The position numbers and the translations under genes were made by a program. Below are positions 1 to 22,000 of a stretch of DNA of 64,000 bases, piece after piece (position 1 is the stretch's first letter; each line of letters starts with the position of its first letter). The stretch is taken from NCBI RefSeq assembly GCF_018350175.1, contig NC_058381.1, positions 55,366,001 through 55,430,000 on the forward strand, given 5' to 3'. The stretch comes from Felis catus. Lineage: Eukaryota. The notes below the pieces were generated by a model. That model was not told where the DNA came from, did no database searches, and worked only from the letters and a program-made list of their open reading frames with translations.

Positions 1-559
1 GATAGAGCGCACGAGCCTTCCTCGGTTTCCCTGTGGAGCCAGCGGAGGAGACCGAGCCAGGGTGTTACCACCATGGGAGGGCTGGGGCACCCAGCCAGAA
101 GTCCTGCCGGGACAGCAGGGCTAGGAAGCAGGGTGGATCAATGGTGTGAGCGTCAAGAACCCGGCTGGGAGCCCCGCGTCTTCGCTCACCGAGCAGGACC
201 TCTGGAAGGGTCCTGGGACGCACACCCTTGGGGATTTCCTGGCTGCTTGATGCCTTGCCTTCACAAGGCCTCCCAGGCCTGGGCACGAAACGCCTTCTGC
301 GGCAGGAGGCTCCGGGTTTCCCTTCCCCGCCGTCGGGGATCCTTGTCGAAGCCCCGGGAGACCTGAGCAAACCCGCTGGTGCGACAGCCAGGGCCCAGCG
401 CTGCGGGGCTCACGGTTCTCCCATGGTCCTCTTCGCCCAGCCTTCCTTTTGCGCCCTCGGAGCCCGGGTCCACCGGGCGTTGGGTCAGCATTTGGGAAGA
501 TCCCACCACCCCGTGAACCCCACGCTGATTCCCTGAGGTCAGAGGAGGGAGCGCTATGC

Positions 560-1700
560 CGGGCGGGGGAGAGGAGGAGGAGAGCTGGGGGGATAAGGAC
601 CCGGGGGACTCGCAGCGTGCGAAGGGGCGGGGGAGTGTCAAGGGAGATGCGCGCAGAAGGCGCTCAGCAGACCTCCGGGAGGCAGGGGCCCAGCTCCCGG
701 AACCACCCACAGCCCCCTTTCGTCCTCTCTTTGCCCAGGCCCTCTCCAGCCCCCTCCGCCCGGTCGCGGCCCCAGCCCCCGGCCGGGCTCCCCGGCCCAG
801 CGGGCTTCCAGCAGCAACAGTTGCGGGGGCCGGCAGCCCGGACTCCCGCGTCCCCGCACCGCCCCCTCCCCCGCGGCGCCGCGACGCCCAGCGAAGGAGG
901 AGCTGGAGGGCTCCGCGACCGGGGAGACGAACGTCTTGGGCGCCTCACCCGCGTCCTTCCCTCGCGTCCGCCTCGCGCCTGTCACCTCGGCCTCCCTCTC
1001 TCGCCTCGTCTCCATCCGCCCCGGGGCCGAACCCCAGGCCCGGTCCCCGAGGGTCCCGGTGCCCCGGGCCGCCCCCTCCTCGGGCTCCCCGCGCCGGCCA
1101 GACTGTCCCCGGGACTCCCGCGTCTGTCTCCGCCGTCCTTGCCCGCGCGGCGCCCGAGCCCAGCCCCAAGTTGGCGGCGAAGTTGGCGTCCCCGGTTCGC
1201 CACCCGCCACTCACCGGGGGGAAGGGGCGCTGCGCCCGCGCCGAGAGCCCGCGCCGGCCGCCTCCCGCGCGCTGCATGTCCCGGCGCCTCGGCCCCGCGC
1301 GCTGGCGCGCTCCGTCCTAGCTCGGCGGGCACCTGAGCCCGGGCAACGCGGGGCCCGTGTCCGCGGCGCGGCCTGGCGGGCTGGGCAGGGCCGGCCCCCG
1401 CCCCGCGCCCCGCGCCCTCCCGGGGTCCGCTGGGCGCCTGGCTCCGTCCCGGGCTGGGCGGCACGCCGCGCCTCTGGCTCCCAGGGCTCGCCAGCCGGCT
1501 GTGGCTGAGCGCTCGCCGCCGCCCGCGCGGGCCCGCCCCGCCGGGGCCCGCCGCCTCCGCCCCGCCCCGGCCCGCCCCGCCGCCCGCTCCCCGCTGCTCC
1601 AGGCCCCTCCTTGCCCGCCCGCGCGCGGGACGCCTGGGTCCCTTCTCCCCTCTCCGGGACTGCGTCCCCAGACCCGACACTTGGGGCCAAGTGCGGCCTC
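560..1700. promoter_or_regulatory. GRIN2C: CpG island / GC-box-rich promoter and first-intron region of GRIN2C
   Basis: Very high GC and CpG density with many CCCGCCCC boxes (about 1395-1620). Lies just downstream of FDXR on the - strand, matching the known GRIN2C-FDXR-FADS6-USH1G-OTOP2-OTOP3 order. GRIN2C coding sequence is outside the window. Confidence 0.7.
1215..1520 (-). other. GRIN2C: Probable non-coding exon 1 of GRIN2C (NMDA receptor subunit 2C); 5' end approximate
   Basis: Consensus donor CCG|GTGAGT on - strand (plus strand actcac at 1209-1214) inside the CpG island. Gene assigned by synteny only. Confidence 0.5.
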
Positions 1701-2212
1701 GGAGAAACCAACAGCCCGCCTGGAGCCCTGGGTTCGAGCCCGCAGCTCACTAGCTGTGTGACCTTGGGCCAGTTCGTTGGAGGATCCCTCGCTCTCTAAA
1801 GTGAGACCAGCCTCTTGGGGACTGGCACAAAAGACGGTGAACACGCCTCATAAACTGCAAAGTACTACAGAGACTGAGGTGCTGTTTTTAAAAGGCTTGT
1901 CCCTGTGGCTGGACACCAAGACAGGTTGGACTCTCTGGGCCACAAGGCGGGCCTGAGGCAAGCTGCTGCCTGACTCCTCGCTCCCACTTTTTCTCTTCTT
2001 GTTTTGGTTCTACGGGGGGCTAACCAGAAAGGGAACTGGCCCGAGGGACCCGCGGAGCAGGCACGATGGGGTCCCAGGGTGCCTGAGGTGTGAGCAGAAG
2101 GCAGGCAGGCCGCAGCAGCACAGCCAAGCCGAGAGAGGGACAGTGGGTTCCAGGCCTGACTGCCAAACACCCTCCCGCCCCCAAGAGTCCCCAGAGCAGG
2201 GAGCTGGCTCTG

Positions 2213-2230
2213 CAGCGCCACCTGGTGACA
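2213..2230 (-). promoter_or_regulatory. CTCF-like motif
   Basis: - strand TGTCACCAGGTGGCGCTG, a close match to the CTCF core. Confidence 0.55.
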
Positions 2231-2310
2231 GGCGGGGAGCCGTGGCTGGAAGGTGACCCCGGGCCCCAAAAGAAGTTGCACACCAACCACTGGCCCTCCG
2301 TCACAGCTGT

Positions 2311-2316
2311 TTTATT
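2311..2316 (-). terminator. FDXR: FDXR polyadenylation signal AATAAA
   Basis: tttatt on + strand about 280 nt past the FDXR stop; GT-rich sequence follows on the - strand. Confidence 0.8.
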
Positions 2317-2595
2317 TCCAGTACATTCCTGACCTGGTGACCCTCCACAGTCCGGCGGGAAAGAGGTGGGAGGGAGGAAAGTCAGCCTACACTTCCACCC
2401 ACCCCTAAAGTTATCTCTGGCGAGGGTGACCTTTCGCCAGGGGAAAGCGCGCAGAGGGCCCTGGAAAAGAGGCGGCCAAGGCCCTGTACCAGGGCGGGCA
2501 GGCGACACAGCTGTGGCGCAGAGTCCCTCTGGCTGACCCAGGCCCCTCTCCCCTGCACAGCATGCCTTCCGTCCCTGCCAGGCTGGGATCTAGGC

Positions 2596-14121
<11,526 letters not shown>

Positions 14122-15295
14122 GGCTGGAAAGACCAACCAGCCAGCGGACCCGACCCCGGAGATGGCCCCGTACTCCGCGCTGGTGGATCCTCGCTGCTTG
14201 CGGGCTTCGGCCCCGCCCCTCCCTAGCCCCGCCCCCAAGTCCCGCCTCCCACGCTCTGGGAGAGCGCAGCGTGGAGGCCACACTCCCCCCGCCCGAAAGA
14301 ATCCCGCCCCAAAGGAGAAGTCCGCCCTCGGATCCACCCTCTATCGCTGAGGGCCCGCCCCTAGGACGTCCGAACTGTCGTGACTTAATAAATTTCTCCC
14401 CAACCTTCACCCTCCCTCCAATCGTCTAGAGGCTAGGGTTGGAGGAGAGCGAATCTTTATCGCTGTTCCAATCCCGCCTGAAGGAGGGAGCCAATTAGGA
14501 AGGGGCTTACTTCACTTAGCCCCTCCCACTCAGAGACTCTCGTCGCTCTCTGATGACGCACGGGCCCTTCCCTTTTCAAAGCGAACCCTCCCTCCCTGCG
14601 TCTGGTTTCTTCCCAACCAATCACGAGTCGAGTTCCAAGGGCGCCTCCCTGTCCATTGCGTAATAACCACGGAGTCCGGAAGTCTGGAAAAAAAGGGCTT
14701 CTGCTCGAGCCTTCGGGGCTTTCTGGGCGTTCTACAGGCGTGACCCTGGCCAGATGCTGTCCAGGTCGGGCTAGGGAGCATTTTAAACTTTGGAGATCCA
14801 ATCCCGTCTCACCCCCCCCCCCTCCCCTTTACGTAGGTAAAGAAACGGGAGAAGCGGCTTGCCCTCGGTTCTAAGGACAGGGCAGATCTCCCACCCTTGC
14901 CCAGCAGCACTGGAAGTAAGGGTGAGGCTGCTAAGGCACTGGCCTTGGGTGCAGAATTGAAGGGAGCGCCAAAAGCCCCAGTAATCAAGATCAGTAGTAT
15001 TTTCATGCAACGTTTTGAAAGATCAAAATTAATGCCAAAAATCCACGGTGACCAAAATATGTATTTAAAAGACAGGATCCCTGGTCAAATCTGACCCAAT
15101 AAACCTAATGCCAGCTTCAGCTTCCTTTTTCCCCAAGGTCCCGCTTTGTCAGACACTTCGTCGGAGAAGCCTTCCCTGATGCATCTTCTCCCAAGCTGGA
15201 TTAAGGTCCCTTCTTGCCCACCCCCCCGCCCCACCCCCACCCCGCCCAAGACTCTACTTTAGCTCATCGTCACTTATTACACTGCCTTACTGTTT

Positions 15296-15480
15296 TTTAA
15301 ATGGTCTTTTTTATTGAAGTATAACAAACAGAAAAGTGCATAAATCATAAGTGTACTGTTTGATGAAACCACAAGATGTAACCATATAAGCACCATCCAG
15401 TTCAAGAAATAGGACATGTGCCTCTCCTTGTCACTTCCCCTCCTTCCTATTGAGAAGTGAATGACTGTTCGGCTTTTTAA
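15296..15480 (-). mobile_element. Old L1 3' end remnant
   Basis: tttattgaagtataa...aaagtgcataaatcataagtgtac pattern. Confidence 0.6.
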
Positions 15481-15514
15481 AAAGTAATTGTACTTTGTTC
15501 CTGTCCCACTAAAC

Positions 15515-15810
15515 CAGGAGGAGGCAAACTATGGCTTGCAGGCCAAATCCTGCCCAAGCTGATGGTTTTTACATTCTTAAATGGTTANNNNNNNNNNNNN
15601 NNNNNNNNNNNNNNNNNNNNNNNNNNNNNNNNNNNNNNNNNNNNNNNNNNNNNNNNNNNNNNNNNNNNNNNNNNNNNNNNNNNNNNNNNNNNNNNNNNNN
15701 NNNNNNNNNNNNNNNNNGTGCTTTGAGTAGTTGTGACTGGGGCCACATGGTCCACAAAGCCCAAAATGCTTACTATCTGGCCCTTTACAGAATGTATGTC
15801 AATTCCTGCA
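15515..15810 (+). mobile_element. MER58-like hAT-Charlie DNA transposon (spans an N gap)
   Basis: ggcaaactatggc...ggccaaatcc and ...tactatctggccctttacagaa ends. Confidence 0.75.
15588..15717. other. Assembly gap (130 N)
   Basis: Run of N. Confidence 1.
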
Positions 15811-16754
15811 CTAGATGGTAAGCTCCATGAGGTTGGGGCTCAGTCTCATTCACTTTTATATCCCCAGAGCTCTGTATAGTGCCTGGCATGTGCAAATGCT
15901 CCTGAAGAGTTTGTCTTAGTGATCAAACCATGTATTATCCTCTCATGGGGAGGAAGAGAAGGGGAGTCAGGATCAGACATCTCTGAAATCCCTACAGGAC
16001 TTCCCACCCAGAAACAGTATGTCTGGTGGTCGAGAGCATGGATTCTGGAATCAGACACACTAGGTTTGAATCCTTCTCCTAACACTTACTAGCGATAGAA
16101 TGTTGAGAAATTTAATTTTTCTAAGCCTTGTCTTCACCATATGAAGGAAAAAATAGTAAAAACGTCTTGTAAAACCTGAAACTAGGTGGCGTACGTAAAA
16201 TTGTTGGCCATAAGTTCTGAAAATGTTAACTCTCATCACCATTGTCAATATAATCACCTCCCCTATAATTCTGTAAATTAGACCTCAGGTATCTGCACAG
16301 TCCTGGGAGGGCTTCATTCACTCCTATCACTTCACCCTTCCCTCCCAAGCCCCATGCTTTCCCAGCCCACATCCTTAGAGTAACGGAAAATTGAGCCTCA
16401 AAGAAATCGAGTGACTTGTTCCCAGGCACCTGTAGTCCAGCCAGGTCTCATACCGGGGCCTTCAGCTACTGCCCAGCCCCCACTCAGGCCCAGGTCAATA
16501 ACAATGAGTCACTGGTTATAGATTAGGATGGTTTTGATCACTGGCCAGGACTCCGCAATGGGACCTTTTCTGACATCGCATTTTTTCATGCGGAAAATGA
16601 GCAGTTTGATTAATCACATTCCCAGACCTGAAGGCAATTTCTGAGCTGTTAATGCATTTTGAAACAGCAGCAATAACATATAGCAAAGAACAAGGCTAGG
16701 GAGGCTGCCAAGGCTTTCTTGTTCCAGGAGGGCTGCTTGGATCCAAAACTCTGC

Positions 16755-17000
16755 TCTATCAGTCAGCCTCCCAGCAGGAAACAGATGGCACACTCCAAAG
16801 GACTGACTGAAAAGAGTTTAATGAAGGAACTTTGTACAGAGGTGTGGCCAGGATCAAGGGAATGGTGGAGCACCCCCAGGCTAGCAACGGCGGGAAGCCA
16901 CTACCACCCCAGGTCCTGAAGAAGCAAAAGGAGGGAGCAGTTTCAGAAGTGGTGAGAGCCGTAGCTATAGGAAAGGGCACCGGACAGCAGCTGTGGTCTT
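16755..17000. mobile_element. Old MaLR/ERVL LTR remnant (MLT1-like)
   Basis: caggaaacagatggcacactc...gagtttaatgaaggaact pattern. Confidence 0.5.
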
Positions 17001-17216
17001 TGGTAGAGGAAGGCAGGGCGAAGAAGAGTAGGGAATGGATTTGGAGGCGCAGGGTGGGTGCTCCAACAGGACCAGGCTTCGAGGATGCCTTCGCCTGCTG
17101 TCTAGCCCCTCCGCCCATCCCATTCAGCCTCCCCACCATCAGGGCCAGCAGGCCCTTTACCTTGTCCAAAGGCTTCACTGAAAAACAAGGCAATTGTGTG
17201 CTCTGAACATGACCCG

Positions 17217-17428
17217 CATGTTCTCAACCTAAGATGATTTTGCCCCCTAGGGGACAGTTAGTTGGCAATGCCCGGAGACATTTTTGATTGTTACAACTTG
17301 GGTTCCTGGCATCCCAGTGGGTAGAAGCTAGGGATGCTGTTAAACACCCCAGGGTGCCCAGGACAAGCCCCAGTGGCAAAGAATGATCCGGCCACGATGT
17401 CAATAGTGCCGACGTAAGAAACCCTGCT
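17217..17428 (+). mobile_element. MER20 hAT-Charlie DNA transposon
   Basis: gttctcaacc...gattttgcccc...ggagacatttttgattgttacaac...gggatgctgttaaaca...gtcaatagtgccga...gaaaccctg. Confidence 0.85.
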
Positions 17429-18076
17429 TTAGACTAACTGCTCTGGTCTCCTGTCATAGGGCTGGCCTACTTCTCTGTTCCTGCCTCAGCCTCCAGCTGG
17501 GCCCCATCCTTGCACCCTCTCGCCCAGCCACTAGTTAGGGAGGTTCCCAGTCCTCTCTCAAGGCTGCCCACTTTTGGCTGACCCTCAGTGGTGTCCCAAG
17601 CACACTGGTGTCCTCCTCCAGCTGGTATCAGTGATCCCCTGTATCCCTGCCTTCCTCCCTGCACCTGTTCACAGCCAAGCCCAGCTCTTGACTCAAGCCT
17701 TTGTAGCTGCACCCTGCCCTCCTTCCCCTCCCCTCTAAGGCTGTCTGTCCTCCAGACCCTGTTCCCATCACCGCCTCCAGCCTCAGTTACCCACCCCCAG
17801 TAATTTTTCTCCTTGCAATTGATAGTTCTTCCAGGCCTACCCCTGCTAGACATCATGGAACAAAGCAGACTTTATCTAGAGCTCGCCAAGGTCAAGCTCA
17901 AAGCTATTTACACTCTTATCTATGCCCTTATTTCCCCTGGAGTGCCCTCCCCACCAAACACATACACCTTAATTTCACTGATGTTCTCGAGGGTCTTGGT
18001 TGCTGCTGAGCCAGTGTCTTGCACAGGCTTCTCCGGCAGAGAAATTAGGAAAGTCTGCCAAAAGTAACCTCTCCCA

Positions 18077-18300
18077 GGGCACCTGGGTGGCTCAGTCCAT
18101 TAAGCGTCCGACTTTGGCTCAGGTCATGATCTCACAGTTCATGGGTTCGAGCCCCGCATCAGGCTCTGTGCTGACAGCTGAGCCCAGAGCCTGCTTCGGA
18201 TTCCGTCTCTCTCTCAGTCTCTCTGCCCCTCCCCTGCTCATGCTCTGACTCTGTCTCTCAAAAATAAAGAAAAAAAAATTTTTTTTTAATTTTTTAAAAA
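18077..18300 (+). mobile_element. Can-SINE downstream of the FADS6 stop (antisense to the gene)
   Basis: TSD aaaagtaacctctccc. Confidence 0.93.
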
Positions 18301-18854
18301 AGTAACCTCTCCCTGTGGCCCCTGGGGAGAGGGCTCCTTGGGGGACACAGCCTCAAAGAACACAGGAAGAAGCAGAGGGCAGTTGAGCATGGGGTCTCCT
18401 GGCGCCCGGGAGGCCCTGAGGGCCTGACCCTTCGCTCTCCTCACCTACTGCCCTGCCCAGGGCCTCTCCTATCCCCATTCCCCATCACCTTCCCATAGCC
18501 CTATCAAGGCTCAGACACAGCAGGGGAGGAATCCAGCTGTTTAGCGCCCTCCCCCACCCCCACCCCAAGATGAAGTTGGCTGAGATCCAGACTGACCAGA
18601 ATGCCCACCACTGTTATTCCTTTCCCCCAGATATCCCTCCAAACCCAGAAAAGCAAGCGGGTTTCTCCAGAAATCCCAGCCTGAGCTCTCCACCTCACTG
18701 CCCCCAGTGCCTCCCCACTCCACCACCAGCAGCCAAGCCACCGCCCTGGGGAAGGGCCCATGCCCTCCTGGACTGAGGGAAGGCCAGCAGAAGCAAGAGA
18801 GCTAGGATCGGGCTGGGGGGTGGGGAGGCAGGGCGCAGGGGGCGCCCCCCCCTT

Positions 18855-19004
18855 TTACTGCAATCCCACCAGCTCTGTGATGGGAGGATTCTGCACCATG
18901 AACTCCTCATAGCGACTGAGGAACAGCCGGAAGCGAGCCAGGTAGGAGTCCTCGTTGTAAGGCAGCCGCTTCTCCTGGAGGAACCGGGACACCACGGGCT
19001 TCAC
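18855..19004 (-). CDS. FADS6: FADS6 exon 6 (VKPVVSRFLQEK...ITELVGLQ*)
   Basis: Acceptor tggcag, stop TAA. Confidence 0.93.
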   Translation of the reverse strand: MKPVVSRFLQEKRLPYNEDSYLARFRLFLSRYEEFMVQNPPITELVGLQ

Positions 19005-22000
19005 CTGCCAGAAGAGGGGCAGGAGGAGGGGCCGCTGAGTCAGGACTGTGGGCAGGTCCCTCCCCACGGGGGGCCACCCTCCTCCCAGTCCCTTGCTCCA
19101 TGAGGCTTTGGAGGAGATGAGGGGCAGGGACCATTCCTGCCTCTCCCCTCCCAGCAGGCAAGGGAAAAGGGTGAAGGGTTTCTCCCCACTTCCTTCCCCA
19201 GGGCTCCCAACTCCATGACAGTCCTCCTTGGCACAGGGGATAAAAGCTAGAGCTCCCTGGGGTGCCTGGGTGGCTCAGTCAGTTAAGTATCTGACTCTTG
19301 ATCTTGGCTCAAGTCATGATCTCACGGTTCGTGGGTTCAAGACCCACGTCAGGCTCTGCACTGACAGCACCGAGCCTGCGTGGGATTCTCTTTCTTCCTC
19401 TCTCTCTGCCCCTCCCTCCCTCACACATACACATTCTCTCTCTCAAAAATAAGCATTAAAAAAAAAAAAAAAAGCAAAAGCTAGAGCTCCCTTTTACCAA
19501 GCACGTACTGTGTGCCTAGCATTTCAGATCCATTTCATTTCAACCTTAAAGCCTGCCGCTAGCAAGCCCTGCTTACCCTCATTTTCCAGAGGGGGAAGCT
19601 GAGGCTCCGAGACATTCAGTTAACTTGTCCAGAGTCACAGTGCTGGTAAGGAACCCACATGCCTCTGGTCAGAAATGCACTCTGCTGCTCGTACACGGGG
19701 CGGTCCTTCCAGGGAACCTCTGCCCAGGCCAGCCTGATCCTCGCCTACCTTCAGGCACATGTTGTCAGAGAGCCGGGGGAAGAGGTGGTGCTCCACGTGA
19801 CAGCTGACAATGGAGTGGCCGAACGCCCATTCCAGTACAGGCAGTCGGGGCAGGTTCAGCACACCCAGGCTCATCATGTGAATCCTCTGAGGCTTCTTGT
19901 CCCGAGAGAACATGGGCAGCCCAATGTGCTGTGACAGACACGTGGGTCATAGCTTCAGGCTGGGCTGGGCAGCCCCGCGCCTCCCCGCCCTGCCCCGGAC
20001 ATCCTCACCCACCACGTGGGGACCCAGAGGGTCCTTCTGCCTCCCTCACCCCCACTGTGGTGAGACTCTCCTGTCTGTGCTCTGAGCTCAGTCTCACCCA
20101 TCTCTGGGTCTCTCTCTCCACCTGTACAACAAGGGGCGTGGCCTGGGTACCCCCTTGAACCCCGTGGTACTAACATGCCCACGACTTCCCACTGCGCGCT
20201 CTCACGCCACTCTGCCTTTATCTCATCCTGGAGAGACCCTTCTCTGCTCTCTTTCCCCCCATCAAAATCCTGCTCAGGGTTCAAGATCAAGTTTGTGCAC
20301 CCTCTTGTTGTTTCATTCAACAAGTATGGAAAAATGCCTCCTCTGCCAGGTCAGTCCTGGGTCTTAAGGATTTGCAAGTGAATGGGCGCTTCCGCTCCAG
20401 TAGGACAGGGAGGCAGGACCCACAGCTGTGTCCTAGGAGATGAAGTCGTCATTGGCAGCACAGCAGGTGCTGGAATGGGGAAGGATACTCTGACTTCCAG
20501 GCACCTAGTCTTTGTGTCCAGGGAGCAGGGGCGCTTGCCTATGGAAATGGCCCTAGAACTGAGTGCTGAGCCCCAGGCCTCCCCTGAACACCTCCCATCT
20601 CCACCCCTTCCATCTGTGAAGGCCCTCCTCACTTGGAGTCATCACAGTAAGTGCCCTGAGGGCAGGAGATGGGGTCCTAATCACCTGTGCCCCCACAGGG
20701 CCTAATCAAGTGCCCTATGCATAGAACTTTCTCAAATCTTGGGACACCTGGGTGGCTCAGTCAGTTGAACCCCCTCCGACTTCGGCTCAGGTCATGATCT
20801 CATGGTTTGTGAGTTCGAGCCCCACGTCGGGCTCTGTGCTGACAGCTCAGAGCCTGGAGCCTGCTTCGGATTCACGTCTCCCTCCCTCTCTGCCCCTCCC
20901 CCACTCGTGCTCACTCTCTCTGTGTCTCTCAAAAATGAATAAACATTAAAAAAAAATTTTTTTAAGTTTCTCAAATCTTCCATCCACGATCCACATGTGA
21001 ATGGCAGCTGGTGTTGCAGAGAAGCAAACTCTTTACCTGAAATCCAACTTCTCTGTGATGACCCACGGAGAGAGGTTGGGGTGGGAGGTGGGGGGAGTGC
21101 ATCTCTCTCCCTAGAACACTGAGTCTAGCCTGTGCTCAGTGTCGAGGAGGCCTCACCTGGAAGATGTTGATGTGGAGGTAAGGGTGGGCCAGCAGGGACC
21201 TGGTGGTGAACATGCACAGCAGGGCCGAGCCGGGGCTCCCGAAGCCAGACACATTCAGTAACAGCCAGTAGTGAGCGTAGAGGCCCAGGGAAATCAGGCC
21301 CAGCGTCCGCACAGCCGACCTGAGCTCCACCTTTCTCAGCCGCTCTGCCAGAGGGAGCAAGAAAGAGAGTGTGGGGGTGGGGGGGAGGAAAAGCCTTCCC
21401 CCCGCCCCCCCCCCCGGCCCAATGGTGCTAACTAGGGCGTTAACTAGGGCGACCGTTCATCCACACAGCCCTGAAAAGTAGGTTCACCCATTTTATGGAT
21501 AAGGAAACAGCATTAAGCAACTTGGCCAAGCCCACTCTGCTGGTAGGTGGTGAGAGCCATCCACGGCTGGGACCCGGGTCCGGCTGCCCTCCAGCCCCTC
21601 CTTCCACCATACGATACTGCTCTCCCGATATTACAGTCCACAACCCTCAATAGAGCGCAAGGCCTTTGCAAAGTATTTTTACATCTATGACCTCATGATG
21701 CTTTCACACCGCCCTTGAGGACCAAGTAAGAACCTGAGGCTCAGACTGGTTAAGTTACCTGCCTGTGGTCCTCAGCCGGTAAGTGGCACAGCCAGACTTG
21801 GCCCCGGGGGCCGAGGCTCCTTCCACCCTGCCTGGCTGTCTCAGAAAGTTTCCGGTCTTAACTTGGGGCTCCCAGCTTCCTCTACAAGCAGCCTCCAGGA
21901 AGCCAGGAGGGGGAGTAAGGGAAGTGGGGCCCTGGCATACTCACCAACAGCCACCAATGGGGTGAGGACGGGGATCAAGAGAGGAGCAAGGAACATGTAC

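Noticed and set aside
1350-1375. REST/RE1-like sequence in GRIN2C exon 1
   Set aside because: Only about 13 of 21 positions match in a GC-rich context
449-1844. Many overlapping 170-295 aa ORFs on both strands
   Set aside because: Pro/Arg/Gly/Ala-rich products expected from stop-codon scarcity in a CpG island; no recognisable domain
14846-14864. Possible p53 element (CGGCTTGCCC half-site) upstream of FDXR
   Set aside because: Only one imperfect half-site; I could not find a convincing full RRRCWWGYYY pair
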